A stretch of DNA of 64,000 nucleotides from assembly GCA_973895155.1 (NCBI GenBank), contig OZ316894.1, forward strand, positions 1,340,953 to 1,404,952. The letters run 5' to 3'. This document shows, in pieces, positions 1 through 11,600 of this stretch (position 1 is its first letter; every line of letters begins with the position of its first letter). The translations under genes were made by a program, and so were the position numbers. This DNA comes from Marsupella aquatica (taxonomy: Eukaryota; Plantae; Marchantiophyta). The notes below the pieces were generated by a model. That model was not told the origin of the DNA. It saw only the letters and a program-made list of their open reading frames with translations, and made no database searches.

Positions 1-1597
1 CCCTCCCCTTTGACAGAGGTCTATACAGGCATAGTTATCAAGGGAATCTCAAGCTACGTATTTTCTTCTATTGTACATCTTTTACACATGATTATCTTAC
101 CCTATATATGTTTGTACTTGTTTTGCAGGTGACTGTCAAGTTGGAAAGTAGCCCAATTGAAGAGCATAGAAAGAAGCCATCACCCAGCTTGGCTTATGGA
201 CGCAGGATTAGTGGTCAAAAGAAATCACAATCGAAAGCCACATTGTCTAGGTGTCTTGCTGATTCTCAGTCAGAAGGAGAAATGGAGACAGAAGTGACAA
301 ATGCGAAATCCTTGGAGGAGCTCATGTCAAGCCCCTTGTCAAGCCCAACCAAGTTTCAGGCTAGCTTCAGTAATAAAGAGTCAAAACATTTTGGCAAGTT
401 TACCCAAACCAAGGAGGCCATGTCCTGGAGAGGACAATGGTGTGAAGATGAGAAGTTTAAAAGACATCACTAACTCCAAACCATTGTATGTCACAAGAGT
501 CACAACACCGCTACTTGCTTTCCAGGTTTGTAATTCACATGATTATAAAACTCTGACTAGGTCCATGTAATCCATGGACCTACCATGGACGATGGTTATA
601 ACAATAATAAAGTTCTGGAATTCTCACACTTGTCAGTATGGGTGTGGGCCTGCTGGGTGGTGCCTTCTAGTGGTGCCTCCTGGATTTCCCTTACCTCTAT
701 TCTGTCATTTTAGTTGCAGACATTGAATGGCAGCCCAATTCACCTTCCCAGCACTTCCACATTATTTATATTCTATCATTTTCTGTGGCCATTCTCTTTT
801 GCAGGCGTTGAGTGGCAGCCCGGATCACAAAGTTCCAGGTTCAAAATCTACAGCACCTGTTTTGAACTGCAAGACAAAGGTAATCATTTAGTCTATACTT
901 TAGCCCTTATTTATTTGTGCATTAGAGTAGTTTTTTTAATTTGAGGTATGAAAAGATACTGAAATCCTCATGCTATTAGATTTTGTTTGGTGTGCATGCA
1001 GGAATACACAAAGTACACTACAAGCCCAATTACAAGCTCAAAAACAAATTGGAATCGGTTAACCTATCAAGCCCAAGTCAATGTCTGTATATTGGTCATG
1101 AATGTCAAAAACCGTAATGAGGTGGAGACCAAGATAACAGATTGGATTGGTACTAAAAATGCTAAATGTAGAGTGGGCAAAAATTATTTGCTGGACACTT
1201 GAAGTATGGCGTGGTTGAAAAAATAGAAATGGTGACCAATTGAGCACTTGATGCTGGAATAGCGGAGATAGTAGATGCTCCACCTATGGTAAAGGGTAGG
1301 CTAGATTTAACCATGGATAATCTAAGGCTTGGTGAGGAAGTTTGACTTCAGCAACCGAATCCTAATATATAGAGATCTAAGGTTCAGTAGTAATTGACTA
1401 GTAGTCAATAATATATAATGGTCAACATATATGTTAATTGTAAAAGATACCTATGCAATTAGGTGGATACGAATGTAGTAGACTTTTACCAATTGTACAT
1501 TGATACAATTATTGTAATTCAATGGAGGCTGGTGCTACTACCTCTAGCTCCTGCTATTTCCTATATAGTATTACTAGCTCAATACCCGTGCGTTGCA

Positions 1598-2850
1598 CAA
1601 AAGATGTCGTGACGGCCAAGATGTCGTTGAGAACAAAAGAGGTCATGTCGGCCAAGAGGTTGTTGAGAAGAAAGATGTCGTGTCGCCCAAGAAATTTTTG
1701 AGAACAAAAGATGTCGTGTCGGCAAGATGTTGATGATAAACAAAATATGTCATGTCGACCAAGATGTCGTTGAGAACAAAAGATGTCATGTCGACTAAGA
1801 TGTCATGTCGGCCAAGATTTGGTTGAGAAAAAAAATGTCGTGTCGACCAAGAGGTTGTTGAGAAAAAAAGTTGTATTGGCCAAGAGGTCATTGAGAAAAA
1901 TGATGTCGTGTTGGCCAAGATCTCATTGATAAAAAAGATGTCATGTGACCGGCCAAGAAATCATTGAGATAAAGGATCTTGTGTTGGCAAAGAAGTCGTT
2001 GAGAAAAAAGATGTCATGTTGGCCAAGACGTCGTTGAGAGAAAATATGTTGTGTCGGGCAAGACATCATTGTGAAAAAGAGTCGTGTCGGCCAAGACGTC
2101 GTTGAGAAAACAGATGTCGTGTTGGCCAAGACGTCATTGAGGAAAAATATCAGTGCATTGCACAAAAGATGTCGTGTCGCCCAAGATGTTGTTATCTGAA
2201 AGATGTCATGAAGTAAAAAGATGTCGTTAAGAAAAAAGAAGTCATTTTTCCAAAGATGTCATTATGTGAAAGATGGCGTTAAGGAAAAGGTGTCCTTTTG
2301 CCAAACTAAGTGATTGTGAAGTAAAAGATGTTATAAATAAAAAGGTATCGTTTCACCCAATATGTCATTAATATGTGAAAGATGGCTCAATACCCGTGCG
2401 TTGCACAAAAGATGTCGTTAAGAAAAAATATGTTGTGTTGCCAAAGATGTTGTCATGAAAAAAGGTGATGTTGCCAACAATTTTGTTAAGTAAAAACATG
2501 TTGTGTTGTCAAAGATTTTTTTAAGAAAAAAGATGTCATGTTGCCAAAGAAGTTGTTAATATGTGAAAGATGTTGTGAAGTAAAAAGATGTCATTAAGAA
2601 CTATGATGTCGTGATGCCAAAGGTGTCGTGAAGAAAAAATGTTCTTATGTGAAAAATGTTGTGAAGTAAAAGATGTCGTTGCACCAAAGATGTCTTTATG
2701 TCCAAGATGTTGTCAGGTAAAAGATGATGTTTTACGAAAGATGTTATTAAGTATTTTTTTGTTAAGTACAAAATGGTCGATAAGTAAAGGGATGTCATTA
2801 GACAAAGATGTAAGTTGTGAAGTAAAAGATGTTCTTAAGTACAATTGAAA
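1598..2850. repeat. Degenerate minisatellite (unit ~ AAAGATGTCGTGTCGGCCAAGATGTCGTTGAG, built of GATGTCRT subunits)
   Basis: Dozens of imperfect head-to-tail copies of about 35 bp, degrading rightwards; no unique spacers. Confidence 0.9.
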
Positions 2851-2904
2851 ATATTGCTAGTAAACATGTTAAGTAAAAAAAATTGTTAAGTTGTTGCCAC
2901 TTTT

Positions 2905-3460
2905 TTGCCACCCCTTGCATCCTGAAGCCCCATTGATAACCCCAATTCAATGTTACTTTAAGCTTTTTACTTAAAGTTACCATGGCTGCTTACTTGGCTT
3001 TGGCCGCCCCAATGCCGAGCGGGATGCCAAGACCCCTTGGGATAATGACACGGCTTGGCTGACTTTTCAACAACTCTTCACTACCCCTTGCATCTTAGAA
3101 CCCCATTGGGCCCAAAGTTTTGGCTACCTTAGAGTTCTTACTTAAAGTTGCCGCAATAGCTTAATTGGCATTGGCCGCCCCAATGTCAAGACCCCCTTGG
3201 GTAACGGAGCAGCTTGGCTGACTTTTCAACGGCCCTTTCCCTACCCTTGCATATATCTTGGAACCCCATCAGTAACCCCAATTTTTTTGGTTACTTTAAG
3301 CTTAGTTTGCTTAAAGTTGACTATGGCTGCTTACTTGGCTGTGGCCGCCCCAATGCCAATTCCCCTTGGGGCAAAGGCACGACTCAGCCCACTTTTCAAC
3401 AAAACAATTTGCCTACCCCTTGCATGGAACCCCTTTGGTAACCTCATCCAAGTTTACTCG
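2905..3460. repeat. Three to four degenerate ~160-175-bp tandem units inside the Helitron
   Basis: CCCCTTGCAT...CCCCAT...TTAAAGTT...TTGGC...GGCCGCCCCAATG recurs at ~2910, ~3085, ~3245 and partly ~3415. Confidence 0.75.
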
Positions 3461-5199
3461 GCTCCTTACTCGCCAATACCATGCCCCCCTGGGGTGGTGG
3501 TGTGATTTGCAACACTTTCCAACATTGGAGGACCTGCCACCCCCGGACCAACTTTGGTCCAGATATTTTGGCCCCCACCCCATGCCTCTTCCTGTGCTAA
3601 ACAAAGTGGCAAGACATAACAACAACTGAGGGGTTGTTGGGGAGTTGGAACCCAGGGCAAGATTGAGTTAGGTTGGGGATGGGACCTTGGGGTCTCGGGT
3701 TTCATTCCACCCCGGGATGTTGGGTCTAGCATTTTTTACAACATTATTTTTTTTGTTTTTGGCCAGTGTGACAAATGTCAGCCTCTCAAAGGAAGGAAAT
3801 GCTAGGAGTATTCTTCAACAATTTTTCTTGAATTATATCTTCTTCATCAGATATCCCTAGATTGACGTACAACGGTTAGATTTTGGCAAATGGGGTCCAT
3901 GATTTGGTGGGAGAGTGGCCAATGGTATGCAAAGAATCTAGCAATTTTTTGGCAAAAGTGACTGAAAAAGTGGTGAACATATTTTGGGGAGGTGGAATTT
4001 GGCAAAAGTTTGCACCTAAAAACTACGTTGTTTGGATGAGGCCAGGGCCAGGGTAGTCTCAGGAGTCATCATCCCTCCCTCTTCACTCTCCCTCATCGCT
4101 CTCCCTCTTCTAGCTATTGGGTAATGGGTATTGCTCCTCTTCACACTCCCTCTTCTTGCCATTGGGTAGTTGTTGTTGCTTAAAAGTACTCATTAAATGC
4201 CTGGAGCCCTTATAAGCTCACATAGGCTTGGAATAGAGAGCTCCAAACTCCAAAAGGAAAGAAACTACGCTCTTCCCTCTCTCTTAAAAGTTGTACTCTG
4301 ATGGTACAATTGTACCTCCTTTTACAGGACCTCTATCCCCTTTGTACCTTGTACCTGGGGCTCCTAAGAGTAATGAGCTCATATCCTGTACCTGAAGGTA
4401 CAATAGTACTTGTCTTGTGCATCTTTGTGTACTTGTTTTGTGCACACCAAGCCCTGTACTAGGTTTCCTCACGTTCCTTTTTTTTCCCCCTTATTGGTTC
4501 CATATTTACAGGTTTCAATTATTCTCACCAAAAAGGACACTCCAAATTTGAATGACGACCACGCTATTTTTTGGCGCAACTGTGTATTATAGTTTAGGAT
4601 ATTTGTCAGTGAATTGAATACCAGCATGAGTACTTTGTCTTATGCTCAAAAGGTTGAATTGGTTTGCTTTGTCTACTAAAAGAATAATGTTTGCTTAAAT
4701 AAATATTTTAGATTATAAAAATTGACAACTGAGATGAAAAGAGAGCCTTCTTATCAAGGTTGGCAAAACAAGAACACTTCTCATTATAATATTCAGGTAT
4801 ATATGTTGGCAAACCAAACGTTTACTGTAGGAATATTGAGTTCTCCAAATAGGCTGATGTAAATCAAGGAATATACAAAATACCCAAATCATTTTGCAAA
4901 AGTAGGATTTTACAATACGCCAAAGTAGGATTTTACAACATGCCTATGATTTATCTTCAAGGACTTTGTCCCACATGTGAAATCTGGGTATAGTGAAGTT
5001 TCCTACGCCCTCCAAACAGCCAACATACCATCCCGGGGAATGTTTCATAAACCCATTTAAGGTCAGTTTCCCCACTTCTTTGTCAAAAATATGGGGGAAA
5101 TGGGTTTACATCTAGGATATTAGCCAAGGTGGGGGTAAGACAGAAACTCCTTGTGTCCTATCGTTAGAAGGCTAGTGAGGGTCCTGCCAAGCTGTGAGC

Positions 5200-6030
5200 T
5201 ACCCTTAAGCAAAAGTTTTAGTCATCAACACTCCAGCTAAAGTTGGACCTCACACCTGCTAGCACTGAAGCTCGCATGAGTGAGTGGTCCTTAGTGGAGA
5301 ACTACCGCAAGAAGATCAAGCACGATGTAATGTAACTAGGCAGCATAGGAGATGAAATAGATGATAAGGACCTCATTTAAGAAATCTGCCTGCAAGCTGG
5401 TCAGCGTTCAAATCAGTGTATGGTGTCATCAGTCTATGGTGTCATGTATGCGAAGGATACTCTAGTCACTTTTGCAGATCTGGAAAAGTATTTACAGGCT
5501 GAAAAATTCAGTCTTAAAACCATGCAACGAAGTTGGTGAACAATCCCTGGTTGCCCTCTCTTACCCAAAACATGGAGAGGGAAGTAGAGGTCATCGTGGA
5601 TGCGGAAGGGGTTGATGTCATGACCGATGAAGACCTCATAGAGAATATGATGGCGGACCAGATTGACAAAACTGCAATTTTTGTGGGAAGCGAGGCCACT
5701 GCTTCAATCATTGACTGCTTCATTAAAATGGCTGACACAGAGATCAAGACATGTCTGTGCCTCAGCTGAAGGACCTAGCTGCACTCAAAAATCAAAGATA
5801 TAAAAGCCACTCCTGCATCAAAAGCGTACTTTGCTGAGGAGTACATTGGAGACAACAACTCTGAGTTTGGCAAATCCAGTGAGCCCAAATTTTCACTCAC
5901 TGTTGAAGCAATGCTCAGTGAACTCAATGTCAACAGCACCAAAGACAAGACCTGGATTCTTGACAGCCAAGCCTTAGCTGATATTAGGCGAGACAATACT
6001 ATTAGCAGTCTCCTCAATCTAACTGGAGAC
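5200..6030 (+). pseudogene. Decayed Ty1/Copia gag-protease remnant
   Basis: Fragmented ORFs ending in DKTWILDSQA, resembling the Copia aspartic-protease motif WILDSGAS; stops throughout. Confidence 0.4.
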
Positions 6031-6189
6031 ACGTCTACCTCCATATATACCTCCATATATATAGCATGTTCCATGCTAATCCTGGAACATGTACTTTTTG
6101 TCTGGTAGTGATGTGTAAGTGTATAAAATTAGAGAGTAAAACTAGAATACATTTAATGTGAATGCCCGTGTGAATGTGATAAAATAATA

Positions 6190-6770
6190 TAAGTAAAGCA
6201 CATCCAAATAAAAGCACATAGTGACCAATGAAAAGTACAATTAGTACAATTAAATTTTATGACACAAAGATGCTAGGAGTTGTGCACTTAACTCAATGTG
6301 CCTTATTAATGACACTCATTTCAATAAAAACCATAAATTTAGGAAAGAAAGCCATGAGGGGAACTTAAAATAGATGTGGTCACCTTACTTAGAATCATTC
6401 CTCTCCATCATGAGAATACTTAAAAGTGGTAGTTTCTCTCTAGAAGATAACAAACTTTAAAAGTTTTAGGGGGCTGCCAAAATAAATTCAAAATACTATA
6501 GGATACCAAAAATTAAAGGGGTCCAAAAATGAATTAAAAGTATATATGATACAAAGGATGTCCCTTATTAAGGTACATTCAAATAAAAATACATGACGGG
6601 TTTGGGATGATTATCTATGAGGCAATTTTCTATCTTGAACCCTAAGTATATACTGTCGGGTTTTTATGTTGCTAATTAAAAAAAATTAAAAAAAATTAAA
6701 ATTAAAAAAATGACACATAAATATGAATAAGACAAAACATGAAAGTTTGATTCTCCATATAGATATAGAA
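6190..6770 (+). repeat. Dispersed AT-rich repeat family A (second copy at ~61150-61560)
   Basis: Shares GTGCACTTAACTCA..TGCCTTAT.AATGACACTC.TTTCAATAAAAACCATAAA..TAGGAAAGAAA and GGGGCTGCCAAAATAA.TTCAAAA with 61150-61560. Confidence 0.75.
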
Positions 6771-7942
6771 GTGTCATAGAGTGAAGATGCAAATTTAAAA
6801 TCTTTAGCAGCTCCATCGCGGCAAAGTACTTGAAGCACTCCTTGGAATAGGAGCAACTCTCTCTAAAAAATAGGATTCATCAACAAATTTCCCCAAAAAA
6901 TTTCAAGTAGCTCTATAGCAATATATTAGTCAAAACACTATTTATAACAAGAAAAGTGTTCTCTGAAAAAATAATATTCAACAACAATGCTTATGCAAAG
7001 TATAATTTACTTTAGCTCCACAATGAAAAAATCATCACAATCCTGGTAACAAGACCAATGTTTTATAAAATATCCAAAATTATGTAAAAACATTTCTGGA
7101 AGTTGTATAATCCTTACGCAAAGTGTCGATGCCATAGAATCTTAGTGTGTAGGAAAATATGAATCCATTTGTAAAATTTGAGGTTATTTGGGTTTAGTGT
7201 TTAGGAATTGCCCCATAGCCTCCTTGGTGGAATTGTTTTTTGGTTCACGAGTCACTGTTTTGCTTGCTTACCCTTTAGCAAGACTTATAAACATTAAAAA
7301 ACATTTTTGAGTAAATTAAGTTCTCGAGGGTTTCACTTGCACAAAAATGACATATCAAGTGCGACGAAGTATAAGGTCATTTTATTGGTTCAAAAAGAAG
7401 ACTTAAGAAGTTTATGAGAAGAACAATAGGGTCTTTTAAATCCAATTTTGAGACATATAAAAATATTAGGGTCCTTATAACCAATTTTTTAGAAAATAAT
7501 TTTTTTTCTTACATTTTAGGGGGTCTGAGACCTAAAATGTTGCACGTGATGGGGAGACATCCATATAGTGAGACCCCCGAGATTAAGTTCATTTCAAATT
7601 TTACTATGAGCAAATTACTTGAGTTAATATGAGTAAAATGTGAAGCACTCAATAATTTCATAAACCATGAAGGCCAAATCAGGTATTTATGTAAGGACCT
7701 AAATGTACTTTATATTTTATCTTTATAGTGAACTTTATAAAATGGTTGAAGTAATATATGGTGGGGAAAGAGTATTGAATGGGGAATGGAGCGAAGCTTT
7801 CAGCCAAAGTGCTATGGGGATGGGGACTGACAAAGTATTTTTAAGACATGCGTGGGGACAAAGTTAATGACCGGGAAAAACTTCGGAAAGAAATGATTAT
7901 TTGGTCATTGACACTCTACTTTATGGATAGAAAAATAAACAC

Positions 7943-7944
<2 letters not shown>

Positions 7945-7978
<34 letters not shown>
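7945..7978. repeat. (TA)n microsatellite
   Basis: Uninterrupted TA run of roughly 16 units. Confidence 0.95.
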
Positions 7979-7981
<3 letters not shown>

Positions 7982-8644
7982 AATGTTTTAGCCCACTTCA
8001 TCCAAGTTTCATTTATCCATGGTGGTTTCATGGACAACAAGTCCCTCGTGCCTCCAAGTTTCATGGATACTCCAAGTTTCATTTATCCATGGGGGCTTCA
8101 TGGACAACCTACAGGTCCATCGTGGCTTTAAGTTCTGGGTAGACCAGTAAAGCTACTTCACTTCTCTGTTAGAGCTAAATTGATGTCGACCTTGGTGTTT
8201 GGTGTTTGAGGGGGTGTTGGAATTTGTCAGTGAGTCCTGTCCCCGTTGGTGACTCGTTGGTGACTTCCTTTGGCTCACTGTCGGAAGTTGTTACTTTACT
8301 AGCAATCTCTCCGACTCGCTGCGGTAGTTGGTACGAAGGCGTCCCTAGATCCGTTTTGGATCAGTCTGACTGCGCCCCACTTATCACAGTCCCAACCTTA
8401 ATCAAACAGGCTGATCTGGGATTATTAGTGTCGGCTGTATTCCGGTGCCCCCCGCTCCCTAAAGCTGTATATATGAGCCTCAGTGCTCCCCCATTACTCT
8501 TGAAGTTTCACACATATCAAAAACTTCCACAGTTTGTAGCTACTTTGCACTTCGGGTTCTCTTCCTCCTCGTTGGGTGCTTGCTGGGGTCTGATGTTCTG
8601 TTGTTCTCCATAAAGTAAGGAAATTTGGCCATAAGAGCCCCTTC

Positions 8645-11600
8645 TTAAGATCGGCTGGAGGACGTGAAAGTCGGCAGATGACTAATACTGGAGGATTGCT
8701 CGACACTGGACACGCTATATGGCATGATGAGTCTCCCTGCCTCCGAATCAGATGATTCTACATTGGAATCATGTGCGCTGAAGAGCCAGTCGCTACTTGA
8801 GTTCCTAGGATTCTGAATTGGGATTTCGTCCTTTCGGAAAAAAGACTCGGCCTTTAGCTTTGAACCTCTTATTCTCTGCAGCATTTCCACGACCTCGGTC
8901 ATACATGGCCTCGATTCTCTTTCCTTCACCAAACATGCTACTGCAACCTGTCGATTGAAAGGGGCACGTACAGCAGTGAGATCACCCTCAAGTAGAACCA
9001 TAATACATCCTACGCATAAAGAAAATTATCCTGGCCCACGTATATTACAGTACTCCGTTAGAAGAATTAGCATCAATCAACGCTAGAATGACAGCTCATG
9101 CCAAGCCCTTCTAGACACTCAACTATAGGGCCATACTGAAATCGATCGGTGGCCCTTGGAGGGTAGAATGCAGTGGAATTTTGTTCGTGCAAGATACCCG
9201 AATAAAACCTTCCAAAAAATCCAATAAACATCTCTGAAATAAAAGACCGAATTCTCAAAACGGACTTGATGGCAAGTTTATTGTGATCTACCTTCTGGAG
9301 TACGTAGTAAACCATTGAACCTCGATCTAATCGACCCATACATCCACACGGGGTTAAGTTTGCATGGATTACCTCTGCAACAGCTTCCACTATTTGAAAG
9401 TCTTCTTCTGACAATCCATTCACCAAATGTCGGTCTATGATGCCTCTGGCACCCTTCGTCATAATCACAGGCACCAATCTGACTGCCAAATTTTGTTCCT
9501 TAGGCCCCAAGGTGAGATCAACAGGCTTCTTGGAGGTGATTAATTCTAGCAGCACCATCCCATAGCTGTAGACGTCCGACCTGTCTGTGAGCTGAGAATT
9601 GAAATAGTACTCTGGATCCAAGTACCCTGGTGTGCCCTTAATTGCAGTGGAGACGTGAGTGGCTCCAATGTCAACCAACTTCGAAAGCCCAAAATCCGCT
9701 ACTTTAGCTCCGAAGTCATCGTCCAGCAAAATGTTTGCTGCCTTCACGTACAAGACAATAAAGTTTGACGAGTGAAACAAAAAGGAGGAACAAAAATTGT
9801 TTCGCTATCATTCTACTTCCGGGTCTCGAGAGTGAGTATACATAATCATGGAAAGAGACAATTTCTTACATAGGCTAAAATCAAAGCCTCAACAATGACT
9901 ACACTGCCAGGACAATAGTCTGAACAAGATGCATTGATTGAGACACACCTTTACATCACGATGTACTATTGGAGGGTTGGCCTGTGAATGAAGATACTTC
10001 AGTGCTTCTGCTGTGTTTGTGGCGATATTGAAGCGGCGCGGCCAGTCAAGCTTGGTCGAGTGGCCTAGTCGGGACTGGCTGAGGTGCTCTTGGAGGGTGC
10101 CATTGGGGATGAACTCGTACACCAAGAGGGGCACCTTGAGCTCCAGGCAGCACCCGAGGAGCTTCACGAGGTTGCAATGATTCACCTGGAAGAAAATTCA
10201 CACCAAGTCACCCGGCCAATGATGAGTCGAAAACCAAGTGGAAGGGATAACGAAACAGGCTGAAACTGTTCTCAATTAAGCGACTCGAGCTACAGGCGAA
10301 AGTCTTTATATATATCGTACTATGTAACAGAAGGGAGAACTGTGTTTGACGCTGATATATATCTAGTCCATTCATCTCATAAATCACCCACCTGAGAAAG
10401 GATGGACACCTCGTTGATGAATTGCTCGACGTCTGTGGCTCTTTGAAACATCGCCCGTTTAACAGCCACGGATTGCCCATCTTTCAAGAGTCCTTTGTAC
10501 ACAGTCCCAAATGCTCCACTTCCTAGCTCGTTTTCCTTCGAGAATTGGCTTGTGGCCACCTCCAACTCTTTTAATGTAAATAGCTTGCACGTTTTTATCC
10601 CATTCCTTTCTGTACTCTCCCAAATGAGAATAGCTCACGGTGAGTTTCTAATAAAGAAAACACTCTGGTCAAAGCACGAACGACATATTTTCGATCTCAT
10701 TGGTTGCCCGTAATTTAGTGCAGAAAGTCTAATCAAGGATTCATCCAATTTTGCGCACTTTGCAAATGTTGGTGATCTAGTGACACATGATTGAGTCACA
10801 TTGAAGCGAAAGGATCAAAGTCTCTGCATATGATCACATAATGGAAGGCAAACAGGCGACCCAGGGAAAACAAGAAGACTCTTATAGGGAAACAAAGAAA
10901 ATAAAAAATTGCTGACTAATGGTCGGCTAGGAGTCCCCAACCTTAAAAACCCAAACCTAGTTTATCAAAGAAATTGAAATGAAGTGTGTAGTAGTCCAGA
11001 CTTCAACCTCTTAGCATGCCGTCACGAAGCTGTTTGTCTTGCAAGGCTTTCTCTTTGCCGTCTTTGGCGTCGTATGATCCGCCATCTGTGACACTTCTCC
11101 ATTTCGTTCGTCGATGCGCTCTTCGTTTTCGGCACATGTAGACGATGGGACAAAGGATTGCAAAAGCCAAGGCTATGCCCGCCAAAACAGACAGAACTGC
11201 CACACTTACTGCAATCAAATGGTGGTGATCTTAAAATGTAGTTGAATAATTGCTAATATCGGTTGATCACGTGCATGTCCCCGGTCCAGCAAATAGACAG
11301 TGTTGGCCAAACAAATGAAACCATTTCAACATGGTACGCTGTTTTCTGTTACAGAAGCATCATAGTACTGTAATAATTATAAAGTTCTTGACAATGCGTG
11401 GGATGGCAAAAGTCATTCGTGTTGATCTTGTCAATGCACACGCTAAGGGTCCACAACCTGGCATGCATTTCTTCACATCATGACAATTCAGCCGGCCGAA
11501 ACGACTAAGTTTCTAAATCATTATTACAATATACCAGACATACAGTGGCCCTTAGACTGAGCCTAATAGTCCATGCAAGCCTAAATGCAGCGGTAAATTG

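Larger units (their letters stand above)
1574..4599 (-). mobile_element. Non-autonomous Helitron filled with minisatellites
   Basis: Minus strand starts A|TCCTAAACTATAATA (4600|4599) and ends GTGCAACGCACGGGTATTGAGCTAG|T (1574|1573). This gives a TC 5' end, a subterminal GTGC-AAC-GCAC hairpin, a CTAG 3' end, insertion between A and T, and no TSD. No RepHel coding sequence. Confidence 0.68.

Noticed and set aside
108-1283. Possible spliced gene fragment at the window start
   Set aside because: Short ORFs with no recognisable domain and no consistent exon chain.
1598-2850. CRISPR-like appearance of the ~35-bp periodic array
   Set aside because: No unique spacers, degenerate units, eukaryotic context and no cas genes; it is a minisatellite.
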